Of a stretch of DNA of 64,000 bases, positions 35,655 to 45,673 are shown piece after piece. Made by a program: the position numbers and the translations under genes. The DNA is from Bacteroidales bacterium (GTDB lineage: Bacteria; Bacteroidota; Bacteroidia; Bacteroidales; UBA10428). Position 1 is the stretch's first letter; each line of letters opens with the position of its first letter. The notes under the pieces are model-generated. The model searched no databases. It was not told the DNA's origin and saw only the letters and a list, made by a program, of their open reading frames with translations. The stretch covers positions 656 to 64,655 of the forward strand of contig JAWOJJ010000130.1 of assembly GCA_046481675.1 (NCBI GenBank), in the 5' to 3' direction.

Positions 35655-35709
35655 GGCATATTTCTCATCTGGTATTTTTTTTCTACATTGCCGGTTCAAT
35701 AGCTGAACT

Positions 35710-36750
35710 ATGAATTCAAGCATTACACGCGGTTTTGCAAGCGACAACAATGCCGGCATTCATCCTGTCTTGCTTGAGGCAATACAACAAGCCAATGCAG
35801 GGCATGTTGTAGCCTATGGTGATGACATTTACACCCGGAATGCCGAAAAAGCTTTCAGAAAATATTTCGGTGAAGGTATAGATGTTTATTTTGTGCTTAC
35901 CGGTACGGGAGCCAATGTATTAAGCCTGGCTTCGCTTACCAAATCGATAAATTCGGTGATTTGTGCATCAACTTCACACATAAACGTGGATGAATGTGGT
36001 GCACCTGAGAAGTTTTGCAACTGCAAGCTGCTTACTGTTGAAACACCCAATGGGAAACTTACTCCTGATGCGGTGAAACAACACCTGCATGGTTTCGGAT
36101 TTGAACATCATGCGCAACCCGGTGTGATCTCCATCAGCCAGTCGACCGAAATGGGTACGGTTTACACACCTGAAGAAATAAAGACTTTATCGAGCCTGGC
36201 AAAGGAATACGGGCTGTACCTGCATGCCGACGGGGCCCGAATTGCCAATGCGGCAGTAAGCCTGGACATCGGATTCAAAGAATTCACCGCTGAGGCCGGC
36301 GTGGATGTGCTGTCATTTGGAGGCACCAAAAACGGGATGATGTTTGGTGAGGCAGTTGTATTTTTCAACAGTGAACTTGCAAAGGATTTCAGGTACTACC
36401 GCAAGCAAAGCACCCAGCTTCTTTCAAAAATGCGATACATTGGAGCGCAGTTTACTGCTTACCTCGAAAGTAACATCTGGTATGTGAATGCACGGCATGC
36501 CAACAATATGGCACAATTGCTGTACGAGCGCGTAAGGGATTTGACCGGTGTGCAGGTCACCCAAAAAGTACAGTCGAATGCCGTATTCGCTATTGTCCCC
36601 GAAAGAATTATCAAACCATTGATGGAGCAGTACTTTTTTTATATGTGGGATGAAAGCCGGAATGAAGTCAGGTGGATGACCTCGTTTGATACTACCGAAG
36701 AAGATATTGAGAATTTCACATCGTTGCTGAAGGACCTTTTAAACCAATAG
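35710..36750 (+). CDS. ltaE: Low-specificity threonine aldolase (beta-eliminating lyase fold, PLP)
   Basis: FASDNNAG, LTGTGAN, SFGGTKNG (PLP-Lys) motifs. 346 aa. Confidence 0.85.
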   Translation: MNSSITRGFASDNNAGIHPVLLEAIQQANAGHVVAYGDDIYTRNAEKAFRKYFGEGIDVYFVLTGTGANVLSLASLTKSINSVICASTSHINVDECGAPEKFCNCKLLTVETPNGKLTPDAVKQHLHGFGFEHHAQPGVISISQSTEMGTVYTPEEIKTLSSLAKEYGLYLHADGARIANAAVSLDIGFKEFTAEAGVDVLSFGGTKNGMMFGEAVVFFNSELAKDFRYYRKQSTQLLSKMRYIGAQFTAYLESNIWYVNARHANNMAQLLYERVRDLTGVQVTQKVQSNAVFAIVPERIIKPLMEQYFFYMWDESRNEVRWMTSFDTTEEDIENFTSLLKDLLNQ

Positions 36751-36756
36751 CAATCC

Positions 36757-37989
36757 TCAACTGTTGAAGAAAAGCGAGCTGTCGCCATAGCTCAGAAACC
36801 TGAACCCGTTTTCAAGTGCATAGGAATAGGTTTCTTTCCATGATTCACCTATGAACGCTGCAATAAGCAGCAAGAGCGTGCTGCGGGGCTGATGAAAGTT
36901 GGTTATCAGCGTATCTGAAACCCTGAACCGGTATCCGGGTAAAATCATCAGACTTGTGGAAACAATTAATTCCTCAGCTTGCTGCCTGTTGAACCATGCA
37001 GCAAATGCTTCAAATGATTCCTTAAGCGTATAAGAACCATCGAGCTGGTATGCCTCCCATTGATCAAGCTTCAGGTCTGCAGGATCCGGGTTGCCTGTTT
37101 TAATGATTTTTACTCCCAGCCAGTACAAACTTTCAAGTGTACGCACTGTTGTGGTTCCAACACAGGTAACGCGCCCGGGAAGGTTTGAAAGAACGTTCAA
37201 CAGTTTCGAATGAACCACAATGTCTTCGCTGTGCATCCGGTGTTCCGTAATTCTGTCTGTTTTAACGGGCTGAAAGGTACCTGCACCCACATGCAAGGTG
37301 ATTTCATGGCAGGTGATTTCTTTTTGCTGCAGTGTGTCGAAAACCCTGTCGGTAAAATGAAGTCCGGCTGTTGGTGCAGCTACAGACCCGTCAAACCTGG
37401 AATAGATGGTCTGGTATCTAAACCTGTCCAGCTCGGTTGCCTCTCTTTTAATGTAGGGCGGAAGGGGAGTCTTTCCCGCGCAATCGATAATTTCAGCAAA
37501 AGTTACACCGGGTTCATTCCAGGTAAACAGTACTTTTACGATATTACCTTGTTGAAAAGCCTTTTGGGCACTCAGTAAGACCTTCTTTGTGCCTGTATTA
37601 ACTTCCAGCTCTAACGGCTCATTGCCAAAACGTTTCAGGTTACCGACAATGCATTCCCACGAGCATGATCCGGCAGATGACAGTGATTGTGCATAGCCCG
37701 AAGGATGATCGGGTTTCAGGCAGAATATTTCCACCCTGGAACCGGTTGCTTTGGTAAAGATGAGCCGGGCAGGTATTACTTTTGAATTGTTGAAGAACAG
37801 ATTGGTGCCCCCGGGCAACCAGTCAGCGATATTTTTGAAAACATCGTGACTGAGTGCACCGTCGCGGCTTCTTATCAGTAATTTTGAGTGATCCCTTGTT
37901 TCCACCGGAAACAAAGCAATGCGATCATCAGGGAGGTCATAATCATACTGGTCGGGTCGGATATCTTCAAATGGTTTCAATGGAGTCAT
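36757..37989 (-). CDS. queA: S-adenosylmethionine:tRNA ribosyltransferase-isomerase QueA
   Basis: YDYDLPDDRIALFP, SKLL, PLPPYIKR, YQTIYS, GSVAAPTAGLHFT, NFHQPRSTLL motifs. At 410 aa it is longer than the usual about 345 aa. Confidence 0.92.
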   Translation of the reverse strand: MTPLKPFEDIRPDQYDYDLPDDRIALFPVETRDHSKLLIRSRDGALSHDVFKNIADWLPGGTNLFFNNSKVIPARLIFTKATGSRVEIFCLKPDHPSGYAQSLSSAGSCSWECIVGNLKRFGNEPLELEVNTGTKKVLLSAQKAFQQGNIVKVLFTWNEPGVTFAEIIDCAGKTPLPPYIKREATELDRFRYQTIYSRFDGSVAAPTAGLHFTDRVFDTLQQKEITCHEITLHVGAGTFQPVKTDRITEHRMHSEDIVVHSKLLNVLSNLPGRVTCVGTTTVRTLESLYWLGVKIIKTGNPDPADLKLDQWEAYQLDGSYTLKESFEAFAAWFNRQQAEELIVSTSLMILPGYRFRVSDTLITNFHQPRSTLLLLIAAFIGESWKETYSYALENGFRFLSYGDSSLFFNS

Positions 37990-38039
37990 ATTTGGCCCGC
38001 AAAATTAACTATTTTTGCACTTCAAATTATAAGGCAACT

Positions 38040-39107
38040 ATGAAGTTTAAAAAGGGTGACCGGGTTCGTTTTCTCAATGATGTGGGTGGCGGAAGTGTGA
38101 TTCGATATGGTGAGCAGGGACAGGTGCATGTGCTTACCGAAGACGGATTTGAAATACCTGTAAGTGAAAAAGAACTTGTGTTTGCCGGAGGTTTTGCAGT
38201 TAACAGGGAGCAGGATGAGCCACGGCCCATTAAGCCTGAGCCTGTGAAACCCGAACAGCGTAAGCCCGAACAAAAAGAAAAGGCCGTGGTTGTTGAATTG
38301 CCTGCCAACCTGCCTGCCGATACTCCGGTTCATTTTTTGCTGGGTATTGTACCGGAAAACCCCGGTCCGGTTTTTGCAAGCAATCTGGAATGTTATCTGA
38401 TCAACGATTCGGCATACTGCTTGTACTACCAGCTGGGTGAAAAATCATCGGGTGTGCTGCGTTATGTTTCATCGGGCATGATTGAGGCTGATACAAAATG
38501 TTATGTTGCCTCTTTTGACCATACCACGCTTAGTAAAATGAGCGACATGCATGTTCAGGCTCTTTTTCTGAGCCGGGGACGATACATGAAAAAAGAACCT
38601 GTTGATAAACTGATCCGGCTGAACCTGGTTAATTTCAGTAAGGAGAGTTATTTCAGAGAAAACGATTATTTTGAGCAAAAAGCGGTATTGTTCAATTTAA
38701 GCGGTGATGAACTGCCTGAAGTAACAGACGAGATTGTTGTTCCCGACGAGGTGAAAGCATTGAAAAATGAGGCTGATAGCACACGCGAAGGCAGGCAGAA
38801 AAAGAAAGAAGAAAGCCCCGACACACTTGAAGTGGATTTGCACCTGGACGAAATTACCATGAAAAGCACCCAGTTAACCCCGGCAGCGATCTTGTCGCTC
38901 CAAATGAGCCGGTTTCATGGAGCCATTGAAGAGGCCATTGGTAAAAACATGCGACGGCTGGTTGTTATCCATGGTATCGGCCAGGGAACTTTGAAAATGC
39001 AAATCCGAAAGGAACTGCAGGAGAAATATCCAAATTATATATATCAGGATGCATCATTCAGGGAGTATGGTTTTGGAGCTACCATGGTGCATCTGGTTCA
39101 TGAATAA
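38040..39107 (+). CDS. Smr-domain protein (DUF2027-type N-terminal region)
   Basis: C-terminal LEVDLHLDEI...VVIHGIGQGTLKMQIRKEL...GATMVHL is an Smr domain. Start chosen at MKFKKGDRVRF (the track ORF start at 37854 would overlap queA). Confidence 0.8.
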   Translation: MKFKKGDRVRFLNDVGGGSVIRYGEQGQVHVLTEDGFEIPVSEKELVFAGGFAVNREQDEPRPIKPEPVKPEQRKPEQKEKAVVVELPANLPADTPVHFLLGIVPENPGPVFASNLECYLINDSAYCLYYQLGEKSSGVLRYVSSGMIEADTKCYVASFDHTTLSKMSDMHVQALFLSRGRYMKKEPVDKLIRLNLVNFSKESYFRENDYFEQKAVLFNLSGDELPEVTDEIVVPDEVKALKNEADSTREGRQKKKEESPDTLEVDLHLDEITMKSTQLTPAAILSLQMSRFHGAIEEAIGKNMRRLVVIHGIGQGTLKMQIRKELQEKYPNYIYQDASFREYGFGATMVHLVHE

Positions 39108-39497
39108 CAGCAGCAAACCGCTCCATCGCTACGTTCCGGTTTTCCGGAATGGGGAGGAAAGTCCGGACAACACAGAGCACCGCACTTCCGAAATGGAAGA
39201 TGTTCGTGAGGGCATAGTTACGGAGAAGAGAATGACCGCCCCGGTAAGGAATCTGTGGGTTTTACCTGGTAAAATCTGCATCAGTCCGAACCGGAGCAAG
39301 GGTGAGAAGGCAGGGTAAGAGCCTGCCAGTTATGATGGTGACATCATAAGCTGTCCGTCTTGCGGGTTGAAAGATCACGTATACCGGTGCTAAGGGTTGC
39401 TCGCCCGATACCGGGGGGTAGATCGATCAGACAAATGATGGGGATCCTGGTTCTGCAAGGAACCTGGAAACAGAATCCGGCTTACAGGTTTGCTGCT
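39108..39497 (+). ncRNA. rnpB: RNase P RNA, bacterial type A
   Basis: GAGGAAAGTCCGGAC (P4 5' strand), GGTAAGAGCCTGCC, ACAGAATCCGGCTTAC (P4 3' strand). The 5' CAGCAGCAAACC pairs with the 3' GGTTTGCTGCT (P1), followed by TTTTTATT. Confidence 0.93.
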
Positions 39498-39621
39498 TTT
39501 TATTGAAATATTGGCAGAGAATGCATAACTGTGGACTCTGATGCAATACAATTCATCTGAAAAGTACAACCCTTGTTGTTTATTTTCGTATTCAGATAAA
39601 TATTAGTAGTTTAACTACTTT

Positions 39622-41739
39622 ATGTACCTGCAAAAACCCATACTGACAGTTGCTCTATCTGCATTGCTCCTTATACCGGCATGGGGTAAGCCTGCTGATG
39701 ACGGATCGGGAGAGCGCCATATCCTGGCATCTGAAAAAAGGAAATTGGATCTTCTGATCAAGAGGGCTTCCTATCATGCCTCGGTGAAAAGCGACAGCTG
39801 TTTGCTATATGCACGTGAAGCGCTGCTTCTCTCGAAAGCCAACAATTCATTGAATGATGAGGCCGGTGCTATTGAAGTAATTGCCAATTACCAATATGAT
39901 ATTGAGCAATACCCGGAAGCGTTGAAAAACACCAGGCGTTTACTTGAAATATACAAGGAGACAGGAGATTCTTCGAAAAAAGCATATGCACATAACTTAT
40001 ACGGACTTACGGCCTTCAATATGGGTATTTATGACGAGGCAATCAGGTCGTATCATGCTTCTCTGAGACTTGCTATGGAAATTCCGGACAACGCGCTAAA
40101 GGCCCTTTGTTTTCAGAATATCGGCGTGTTTTATGCTGAAATGAACCGGCCTTCGGAAGCCATGGATTATTACCGCAAGGCACTTGATTTATACCGGGTT
40201 GATAGGAACAGGGTGGGCGAAGCTTCCATAATGCAGAACATTGGTATCATTTTAAGTGATGATAAGAAATACCGCGAAGCGCTGGGGTATTACCTTTCAG
40301 CGCTAAAAGTATACGAAGGGATGAAAGACAGCCTTTCAATGGCCATGATGTATCTCAATCTGGGGAGTTCATACGAAGAACAGTCCGATTTCCGCAGAAG
40401 CCTCACCTATTATAAAAAGGCACTGGACATATCAGTAAAGGAGAACCACAAATATGGAATCGCATACAGTCATATAAGCCTGGGTTCGGTGTTCCGGAAA
40501 ACCGGATCCTATGAAAAAGCGCTGGAGCATATTCAGAAAAGCCTTCAATACTCGCGAATGATCTCTCTGGTTGAGAACGAAGCTGATTGCCACCGGGAGC
40601 TTTCTGATGTTTATTTTTCCCTGGGTGATTACAAAAGCGCTTTTGAAGAGCTGAGGGATTATCAGGTCCTGTATGATTCGATGTACAGCAAACGCGTTCA
40701 GGAAAGCGTTGCCGATGTGGAAATGCGGGTTAAAACCGAAATGAAAGACCGGGAAATCAGCAACCTCATGGAAGAAAGGCAGGAAGCTGTGAGAGACATG
40801 ATCCGGCGGACCATCGCACTGGCATCCATTGTGATACTTACCCTGATTGTTATTGGCATAAGCGTTTATTACAGCAGAATTCTGAAAAAAGCAAATGATC
40901 GCCTCACCGGCGAAGTTGATGAAAGGGTTAAAGCGGAACAGGAACTGATCAGTATTAAGGAGAACCTGGAAGAACGGGTTGCTGAAAGAACCCGTGAGCT
41001 GGAGAAAGCCAAGCTGAGAGCAGAGGAGTCCGATCGACTGAAATCGGCGTTCATAGCCAACATGAGTCATGAAATCAGAACACCGCTGAATGCCATTACC
41101 GGATTTTCGGGACTGTTGCTGCGTGATGACATTACACCTGAGAAACGAAAGGAATACAACGAGCACGTTGTAAAGAACAACCGGGTACTGATTAACATGA
41201 TAGAGGATCTGATTGATACCTCCAAAATTGAATCAGGCACCCTGGTGCTGCATCCTTCACGTATGAATATATGGCAATTTCTCAACCAGCTTAATGAACC
41301 CATAATTGAAAACATGGCACGCAAGAACAAGCCATTTATAGACGTGATTATTGATCAGCCCGAAATCAGCCAGGAAACAGTAACGGCCGATCCGGTGCGG
41401 ATGCAACAGGTGATGTGGCATATGCTCGACAATGCCGTGAAGTTCACCCAGGCGGGCTCTATTCATTATGGCTGCCGGGAAAATCATGACTTCATGGTTT
41501 TTTACGTGGAGGATACCGGTATTGGCATTCCCGATGATCTGAAAGAGGTTGTTTTTGAGAAGTTCCGCCAGATTGACGAGTCGGCCAAGAGAAGATTCGG
41601 AGGAACCGGACTTGGCCTCTATTATGCCCGCAAAATTGCTGAGATGATGGGAGGCAGGTTGTGGTTCGAAGGCAAAAAAGAAGGCGGATCGGTCTTCTAT
41701 TTTGCCGTTCCGAAGAATCCTGCTTCAACACCAAACTAA
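39622..41739 (+). CDS. TPR-repeat sensor histidine kinase
   Basis: Signal/anchor sequence, about 8 TPR-like repeats (A..Y...L.....), one TM, a coiled coil, H-box [16 protein letters not shown], and HATPase_c (DTGIGIP, GGTGLGL). Confidence 0.88.
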   Translation: MYLQKPILTVALSALLLIPAWGKPADDGSGERHILASEKRKLDLLIKRASYHASVKSDSCLLYAREALLLSKANNSLNDEAGAIEVIANYQYDIEQYPEALKNTRRLLEIYKETGDSSKKAYAHNLYGLTAFNMGIYDEAIRSYHASLRLAMEIPDNALKALCFQNIGVFYAEMNRPSEAMDYYRKALDLYRVDRNRVGEASIMQNIGIILSDDKKYREALGYYLSALKVYEGMKDSLSMAMMYLNLGSSYEEQSDFRRSLTYYKKALDISVKENHKYGIAYSHISLGSVFRKTGSYEKALEHIQKSLQYSRMISLVENEADCHRELSDVYFSLGDYKSAFEELRDYQVLYDSMYSKRVQESVADVEMRVKTEMKDREISNLMEERQEAVRDMIRRTIALASIVILTLIVIGISVYYSRILKKANDRLTGEVDERVKAEQELISIKENLEERVAERTRELEKAKLRAEESDRLKSAFIANMSHEIRTPLNAITGFSGLLLRDDITPEKRKEYNEHVVKNNRVLINMIEDLIDTSKIESGTLVLHPSRMNIWQFLNQLNEPIIENMARKNKPFIDVIIDQPEISQETVTADPVRMQQVMWHMLDNAVKFTQAGSIHYGCRENHDFMVFYVEDTGIGIPDDLKEVVFEKFRQIDESAKRRFGGTGLGLYYARKIAEMMGGRLWFEGKKEGGSVFYFAVPKNPASTPN

Positions 41740-41768
41740 TTCATATAAAACGGTTTGCATAAATATTA

Positions 41769-41803
41769 AAGAGGGTGCTTCAGTGATGAAGCACCCTCTT
41801 TTG
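41769..41803 (+). terminator. Intrinsic terminator after histidine kinase gene
   Basis: AAGAGGGTGCTTCA-GTGA-TGAAGCACCCTCTT followed by TTGG. Perfect 14-bp stem. Confidence 0.75.
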
Positions 41804-42098
41804 GTTGTTATAGATCTAATCGTTAGGGTTAATGCGTAGTAAAAGTATAAAAAATGTTAATATATGCAACACCTGTGCAAGATTTTGTTGATAAAATCTT
41901 TTTATGCAAGCTATAAAATTGATATTCTGTAAATTAAACTGTTAAAAAGAATTGAACGCCGGAATTTCTTCGGACGCATATCGTCATTGTAACAAAGTGA
42001 AGTAATCAAAGAAACTGCTATTATGAAAAACAAATGATCCGTGGGTGGTAACCTACGGAAATTCAAATAGGACACCTTCTATGTATATTCACTTTCAA

Positions 42099-42944
42099 TC
42101 ATTCAAATCCATTCACGGTTTTTCTGATTTTCACCAGCTTGTCAAGCAAATTCTCAAGCAAATCCAGCCTCAGCATATTGGCTCCGTCACTCTTTGCCAG
42201 CATGGGTTCGGGATGGGTTTCCAAAAACAAACCATCAACTCCCACTGCTATGGCAGCCCTGGCCATGGTCTCAATCAGTTCCGGCTTGCCACCCGTTAAG
42301 CCTGTGTTTTGATTGGGTTGCTGCAGCGAATGTGTAATGTCAAGTATTACCGGGTATCCCATCTTTTTCATTTCGGGAATACCCCTGAAATCAACAATCA
42401 AATCATGATAACCATACATAACCCCCCGGTCGGTAAGCATCACCTGGTTGTTGCCGGCCTGAATCACTTTATCGGCTGCAAATTTCATGGATTCAGGTGA
42501 AAGGAACTGTCCTTTTTTTATATTAACCACCTTACCGGTTTTGGCAGCCGCCACCAGGATGTCGGTTTGCCTGCATAAAAAAGCCGGTATCTGAAGCACA
42601 TCGGTATATTGCGAAGCAAAATACGCTTCTTCCGTAGAATGTATATCGGTAAGCACAGGTACTTTCAATTCCCGCCTCAGGTCTTTGAGAATTTCCAATC
42701 CGGCTTTGTCGCCAATTCCGGTGAACGAATCCGATCGAGAGCGGTTGGCTTTCTTGTAAGAACTTTTGAAAATAAACGGAATCTCGAGCCGGTCGGTCAT
42801 CTTAATTATTTTTTCCGCGATTTCGAAACACAAGTCGCGACTTTCAATCACGCAGGGTCCGGCAATGAGAAAAAAATTGCCCGAAGCGGTATGCCTGATC
42901 TGGGGTATTGTTTTGATTGTTTCCATAGGATGCAAAGGGTACAT
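42099..42944 (-). CDS. kdsA: 3-deoxy-8-phosphooctulonate synthase
   Basis: GPCVIES, PFIFKSSYKKANRSS, DITHSLQ, GVDGLFLETHP motifs. The start overlaps the rarA stop (TAATG). An alternative start METIK lies at 42926. Confidence 0.92.
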   Translation of the reverse strand: MYPLHPMETIKTIPQIRHTASGNFFLIAGPCVIESRDLCFEIAEKIIKMTDRLEIPFIFKSSYKKANRSRSDSFTGIGDKAGLEILKDLRRELKVPVLTDIHSTEEAYFASQYTDVLQIPAFLCRQTDILVAAAKTGKVVNIKKGQFLSPESMKFAADKVIQAGNNQVMLTDRGVMYGYHDLIVDFRGIPEMKKMGYPVILDITHSLQQPNQNTGLTGGKPELIETMARAAIAVGVDGLFLETHPEPMLAKSDGANMLRLDLLENLLDKLVKIRKTVNGFE

Positions 42945-44236
42945 TAATACTTATATTTTCCTTTCCAGAATGCAGCCATCCTGTTTCTGATTTCAGCTTC
43001 CCGGGTATTTTCCTGGGGTTCATAAAACACCTTGTTCCTGATTTCCTCCGGCAGGAATTCTTCGCGGGTGAAGTTCCCGGTGTAGTTGTGGGCATATTTA
43101 TAGCCATCGCCATAGCCCAGATCTTTCATCAGCGAGGTGGGGGCATTCCTTATATTTAAAGGTACCGGCAGGTCTCCGGTTTCCCTTATCATGTTCTGGG
43201 CTTCACTAATGGCCTGGTAGGCTGAATTACTTTTGGGTGAAGTAGCCAGGTAAAGGGCGGTTTCCGACAGGATAATTCGCGATTCCGGCCAGCCGATCAG
43301 GTTAATCGCCTCAAAACACGAAGTGGCAAGCAGCAGCGCATTCGGATTGGCCAGTCCGATGTCTTCTGCAGCCAGGATCACCATACGGCGTGCAATGAAC
43401 TTGGGATCTTCGCCACCTTCAACCATACGTGCCAGCCAGTATACAGCAGCGTTGGGATCACTGCCCCTTAATGATTTAATAAATGCTGAAATAATGTCGA
43501 AATGCTGCTCACCGCTTTTATCATAAATGGCAATCTTCTCCTGAATGATTTCCATAACTGATTTGTCGTTGATCATGATTTCTTTGGAATTTCCGGCGGC
43601 AAGCGTGCTTACAATCAGTTCAAGCATGTTCATGAGCTTGCGGGCATCACCACCTGAAAGCTTGAACAGCGCATTGGATTCATCAACCTGAATTTTCAGC
43701 TCTTTGAGGTAGCTGTCTGTTGAAATCGCCCGGTTAAGTATCCGGGTCAGTTCCTCCTTGCCCAATGATTTCAGCACATATACCTGGCAACGCGAGAGCA
43801 GGGGAGAGATGACTTCAAATGAAGGGTTTTCAGTGGTTGCCCCGATGAGCGTAACAATGCCCTGTTCCACTGAACCCAGCAATGAATCCTGTTGCGATTT
43901 ATTGAAGCGGTGAATTTCATCGATGAACAGTATGGCCGAGGGCTTGTTGAAAAACTGTTGCTGTTTGGCTTTCTCAATGGTCTCCCGAACATCTTTCACC
44001 CCGGCATGCACGGCACTGAGCTGAAAGAATGGCCGGTTCAGCTGGTTGGCAATAATTCGCGCCAGTGTGGTTTTTCCAACCCCGGGAGGCCCCCAAAGAA
44101 TGAATGATGGTATGTTGCCACTTGCTATGCTGGTTCTCAAAATGGAGCCTTCCCCAACCAGGTGTTCCTGCCCTACATAGTCATCCAGGTCTTTAGGTCG
44201 CATGCGGTCTGCAAGCGGTTGATTGGTACCGATCAT
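42944..44236 (-). CDS. rarA: Replication-associated recombination protein A (AAA+ ATPase)
   Basis: LADRMRPKDLDDYVGQEHL, LWGPPGVGKTTLA (Walker A), LFIDEIHRFNK (Walker B), MgsA C-terminal domain. Start at MIGTNQP (the track ORF extends to 44311). Confidence 0.92.
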   Translation of the reverse strand: MIGTNQPLADRMRPKDLDDYVGQEHLVGEGSILRTSIASGNIPSFILWGPPGVGKTTLARIIANQLNRPFFQLSAVHAGVKDVRETIEKAKQQQFFNKPSAILFIDEIHRFNKSQQDSLLGSVEQGIVTLIGATTENPSFEVISPLLSRCQVYVLKSLGKEELTRILNRAISTDSYLKELKIQVDESNALFKLSGGDARKLMNMLELIVSTLAAGNSKEIMINDKSVMEIIQEKIAIYDKSGEQHFDIISAFIKSLRGSDPNAAVYWLARMVEGGEDPKFIARRMVILAAEDIGLANPNALLLATSCFEAINLIGWPESRIILSETALYLATSPKSNSAYQAISEAQNMIRETGDLPVPLNIRNAPTSLMKDLGYGDGYKYAHNYTGNFTREEFLPEEIRNKVFYEPQENTREAEIRNRMAAFWKGKYKY

Positions 44237-44357
44237 ATTGTGAATTTTCAAGGGTAAAATTACCATTAAGTTTTCTAATTGACGAGAAAATTCAAATGTT
44301 AACATGAACACTGTTGCTGTTTATTACTATTTTTATGGCCAAATAAGCGAATCCCAA

Positions 44358-45164
44358 ATGAAAGATAAAGTCGTCATTGTCACCGGAGCCTCTTCGGGTA
44401 TCGGGCTGGCTACGGCCGAGGCCTTTGCAAAAGCAGGAGCCAAAGTTGTGCTTGCAGCCCGCAGGAACAATGAGTTAATGAAAATTGAAGAAAATCTCCG
44501 GTCGTTGGGGTATGATGTGTTGGCAGTAACCACTGATGTTACCAGTGAAGAGGCTTGCAGGAACCTGATCGACAAAACCATTGAAAAATACGAAAAGATT
44601 GATATCCTGATCAACAACGCGGGCCTGTCCATGCGTGCTCTTTTTAAGGATGTGGACCTCAAGGTGCTCAGGCAATTGTTTGATGTTAACTTTTGGGGGG
44701 CAGTGAACTGCACCAAGTATGCTTTGCCCCATTTGATCAGCAGCAAGGGATCGGTGGTGGGCGTTTCTTCAGTTGCCGGTTTTGTTGGTTTGCCGGGCAG
44801 AACCGGCTATTCAGCTTCGAAATATGCGCTGCACGGTTTCCTGGAAACACTGCGGATCGAGAACCTGAAAAACGGACTGCATGTGCTGATTCTATGTGCC
44901 GGTTTTACCAAATCCGACATCCGGAAAAAAGCGCTTACCGCAAACGGCTCACCCCAGGGATTTACTCCCCGTGAAGAAGAAAAAATGATGCTCCCTGAAG
45001 ATGTGGCACGTTCCATTATCAAGGCATTGCGTCGCAGGAGAAATTACGTGATTCTCACGCTTGAGGGCAAAATGACCGCACTGGTTAAGCGCATTGCCCC
45101 GCGGTTTTTGGAATACGCCGCTTATGTGAAAATGGCCAATGAACCGGAAAGCCCGTTGAAGTAG
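44358..45164 (+). CDS. SDR-family oxidoreductase
   Basis: VTGASSGIG, NNAG, YSASKYAL motifs. Start chosen at MKDKVVIVTG (the track ORF begins at 44304 and would overlap rarA). Confidence 0.88.
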   Translation: MKDKVVIVTGASSGIGLATAEAFAKAGAKVVLAARRNNELMKIEENLRSLGYDVLAVTTDVTSEEACRNLIDKTIEKYEKIDILINNAGLSMRALFKDVDLKVLRQLFDVNFWGAVNCTKYALPHLISSKGSVVGVSSVAGFVGLPGRTGYSASKYALHGFLETLRIENLKNGLHVLILCAGFTKSDIRKKALTANGSPQGFTPREEEKMMLPEDVARSIIKALRRRRNYVILTLEGKMTALVKRIAPRFLEYAAYVKMANEPESPLK

Positions 45165-45169
45165 GAAAT

Positions 45170-45197
45170 AGAACCAAGAGCCAAGAGCCAAGAGCCA
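45170..45197. repeat. Tandem heptamer array (AGARCCA x4)
   Basis: AGAACCA AGAGCCA AGAGCCA AGAGCCA. Begins 5 nt after the SDR stop codon (TAG 45162-45164). Same unit as the array at 19359-19428. Confidence 0.85.
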
Positions 45198-45219
45198 ATA
45201 TAATAATTATAGATATTAG

Positions 45220-45627
45220 ATGTATAGCAGTGAGACTAAAATCCGTGTTCGATACGGAGAAACAGACCGGATGGGATATATGTACTACGGGCATTACCCC
45301 GAGTATTTCGAAGTGTCACGAACTGACATGATCCGATCTCTGGGACTGAGCTACAGGGATATTGAAGATATGGGCATCATCATGCCCGTAAGAAGCCTGC
45401 ATATAGATTACAAGAATCCGGCCCGCTATGATGAACTGCTGGTGGTGAAATCCATTTTAAATAAGTTTCCGGAAATCAAGCTGGATATAGATTATGAAAT
45501 TTATAACGAGCAAAACCAGCTGGTTTGCACGGGTAATACCGTTCTGGCTTTTGTGGATGCCAAAACCCGCCGGCCCAAACGCGCACCTGAATTTTTCCTT
45601 GAAAAAGTAAGAAAGTATTTCAAATAA
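45220..45627 (+). CDS. Acyl-CoA thioesterase, YbgC/4HBT hot-dog family
   Basis: RVRYGETDRMGYMYYGHYPEYFEVSRTD is the canonical 4HBT N-terminal motif with the catalytic Asp. 135 aa. Confidence 0.88.
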   Translation: MYSSETKIRVRYGETDRMGYMYYGHYPEYFEVSRTDMIRSLGLSYRDIEDMGIIMPVRSLHIDYKNPARYDELLVVKSILNKFPEIKLDIDYEIYNEQNQLVCTGNTVLAFVDAKTRRPKRAPEFFLEKVRKYFK

Positions 45628-45657
45628 AAAAAGCCCCGTATGTTCCGGGGCTTTTTT
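45628..45657. terminator. Bidirectional intrinsic terminator
   Basis: AAAAAGCCCCG-TATGTTC-CGGGGCTTTTT between convergent genes. Confidence 0.75.
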
Positions 45658-45673
45658 AATATGGTGGGTTGAA

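Noticed and set aside
37854-38039. Upstream start of the Smr-domain ORF (and 44304 for the SDR, 44311 for rarA, 46543 for the LolA-like gene, 35067 for msrB, 10053 for the S41 peptidase)
   Set aside because: These long N-terminal extensions overlap neighbouring genes or precede obvious signal peptides or canonical N-termini. The internal ATG codons give conventional proteins.
40432-41166. 244-aa antisense ORF inside the TPR histidine kinase gene. Similar shadow ORFs occur at 16840-17571, 7382-7969, 60498-61046, 61217-61780, 47180-47638 and 2412-2858.
   Set aside because: Each lies within a strongly supported gene on the opposite strand and has no recognisable domain or signal. I treat them all as non-coding shadows.
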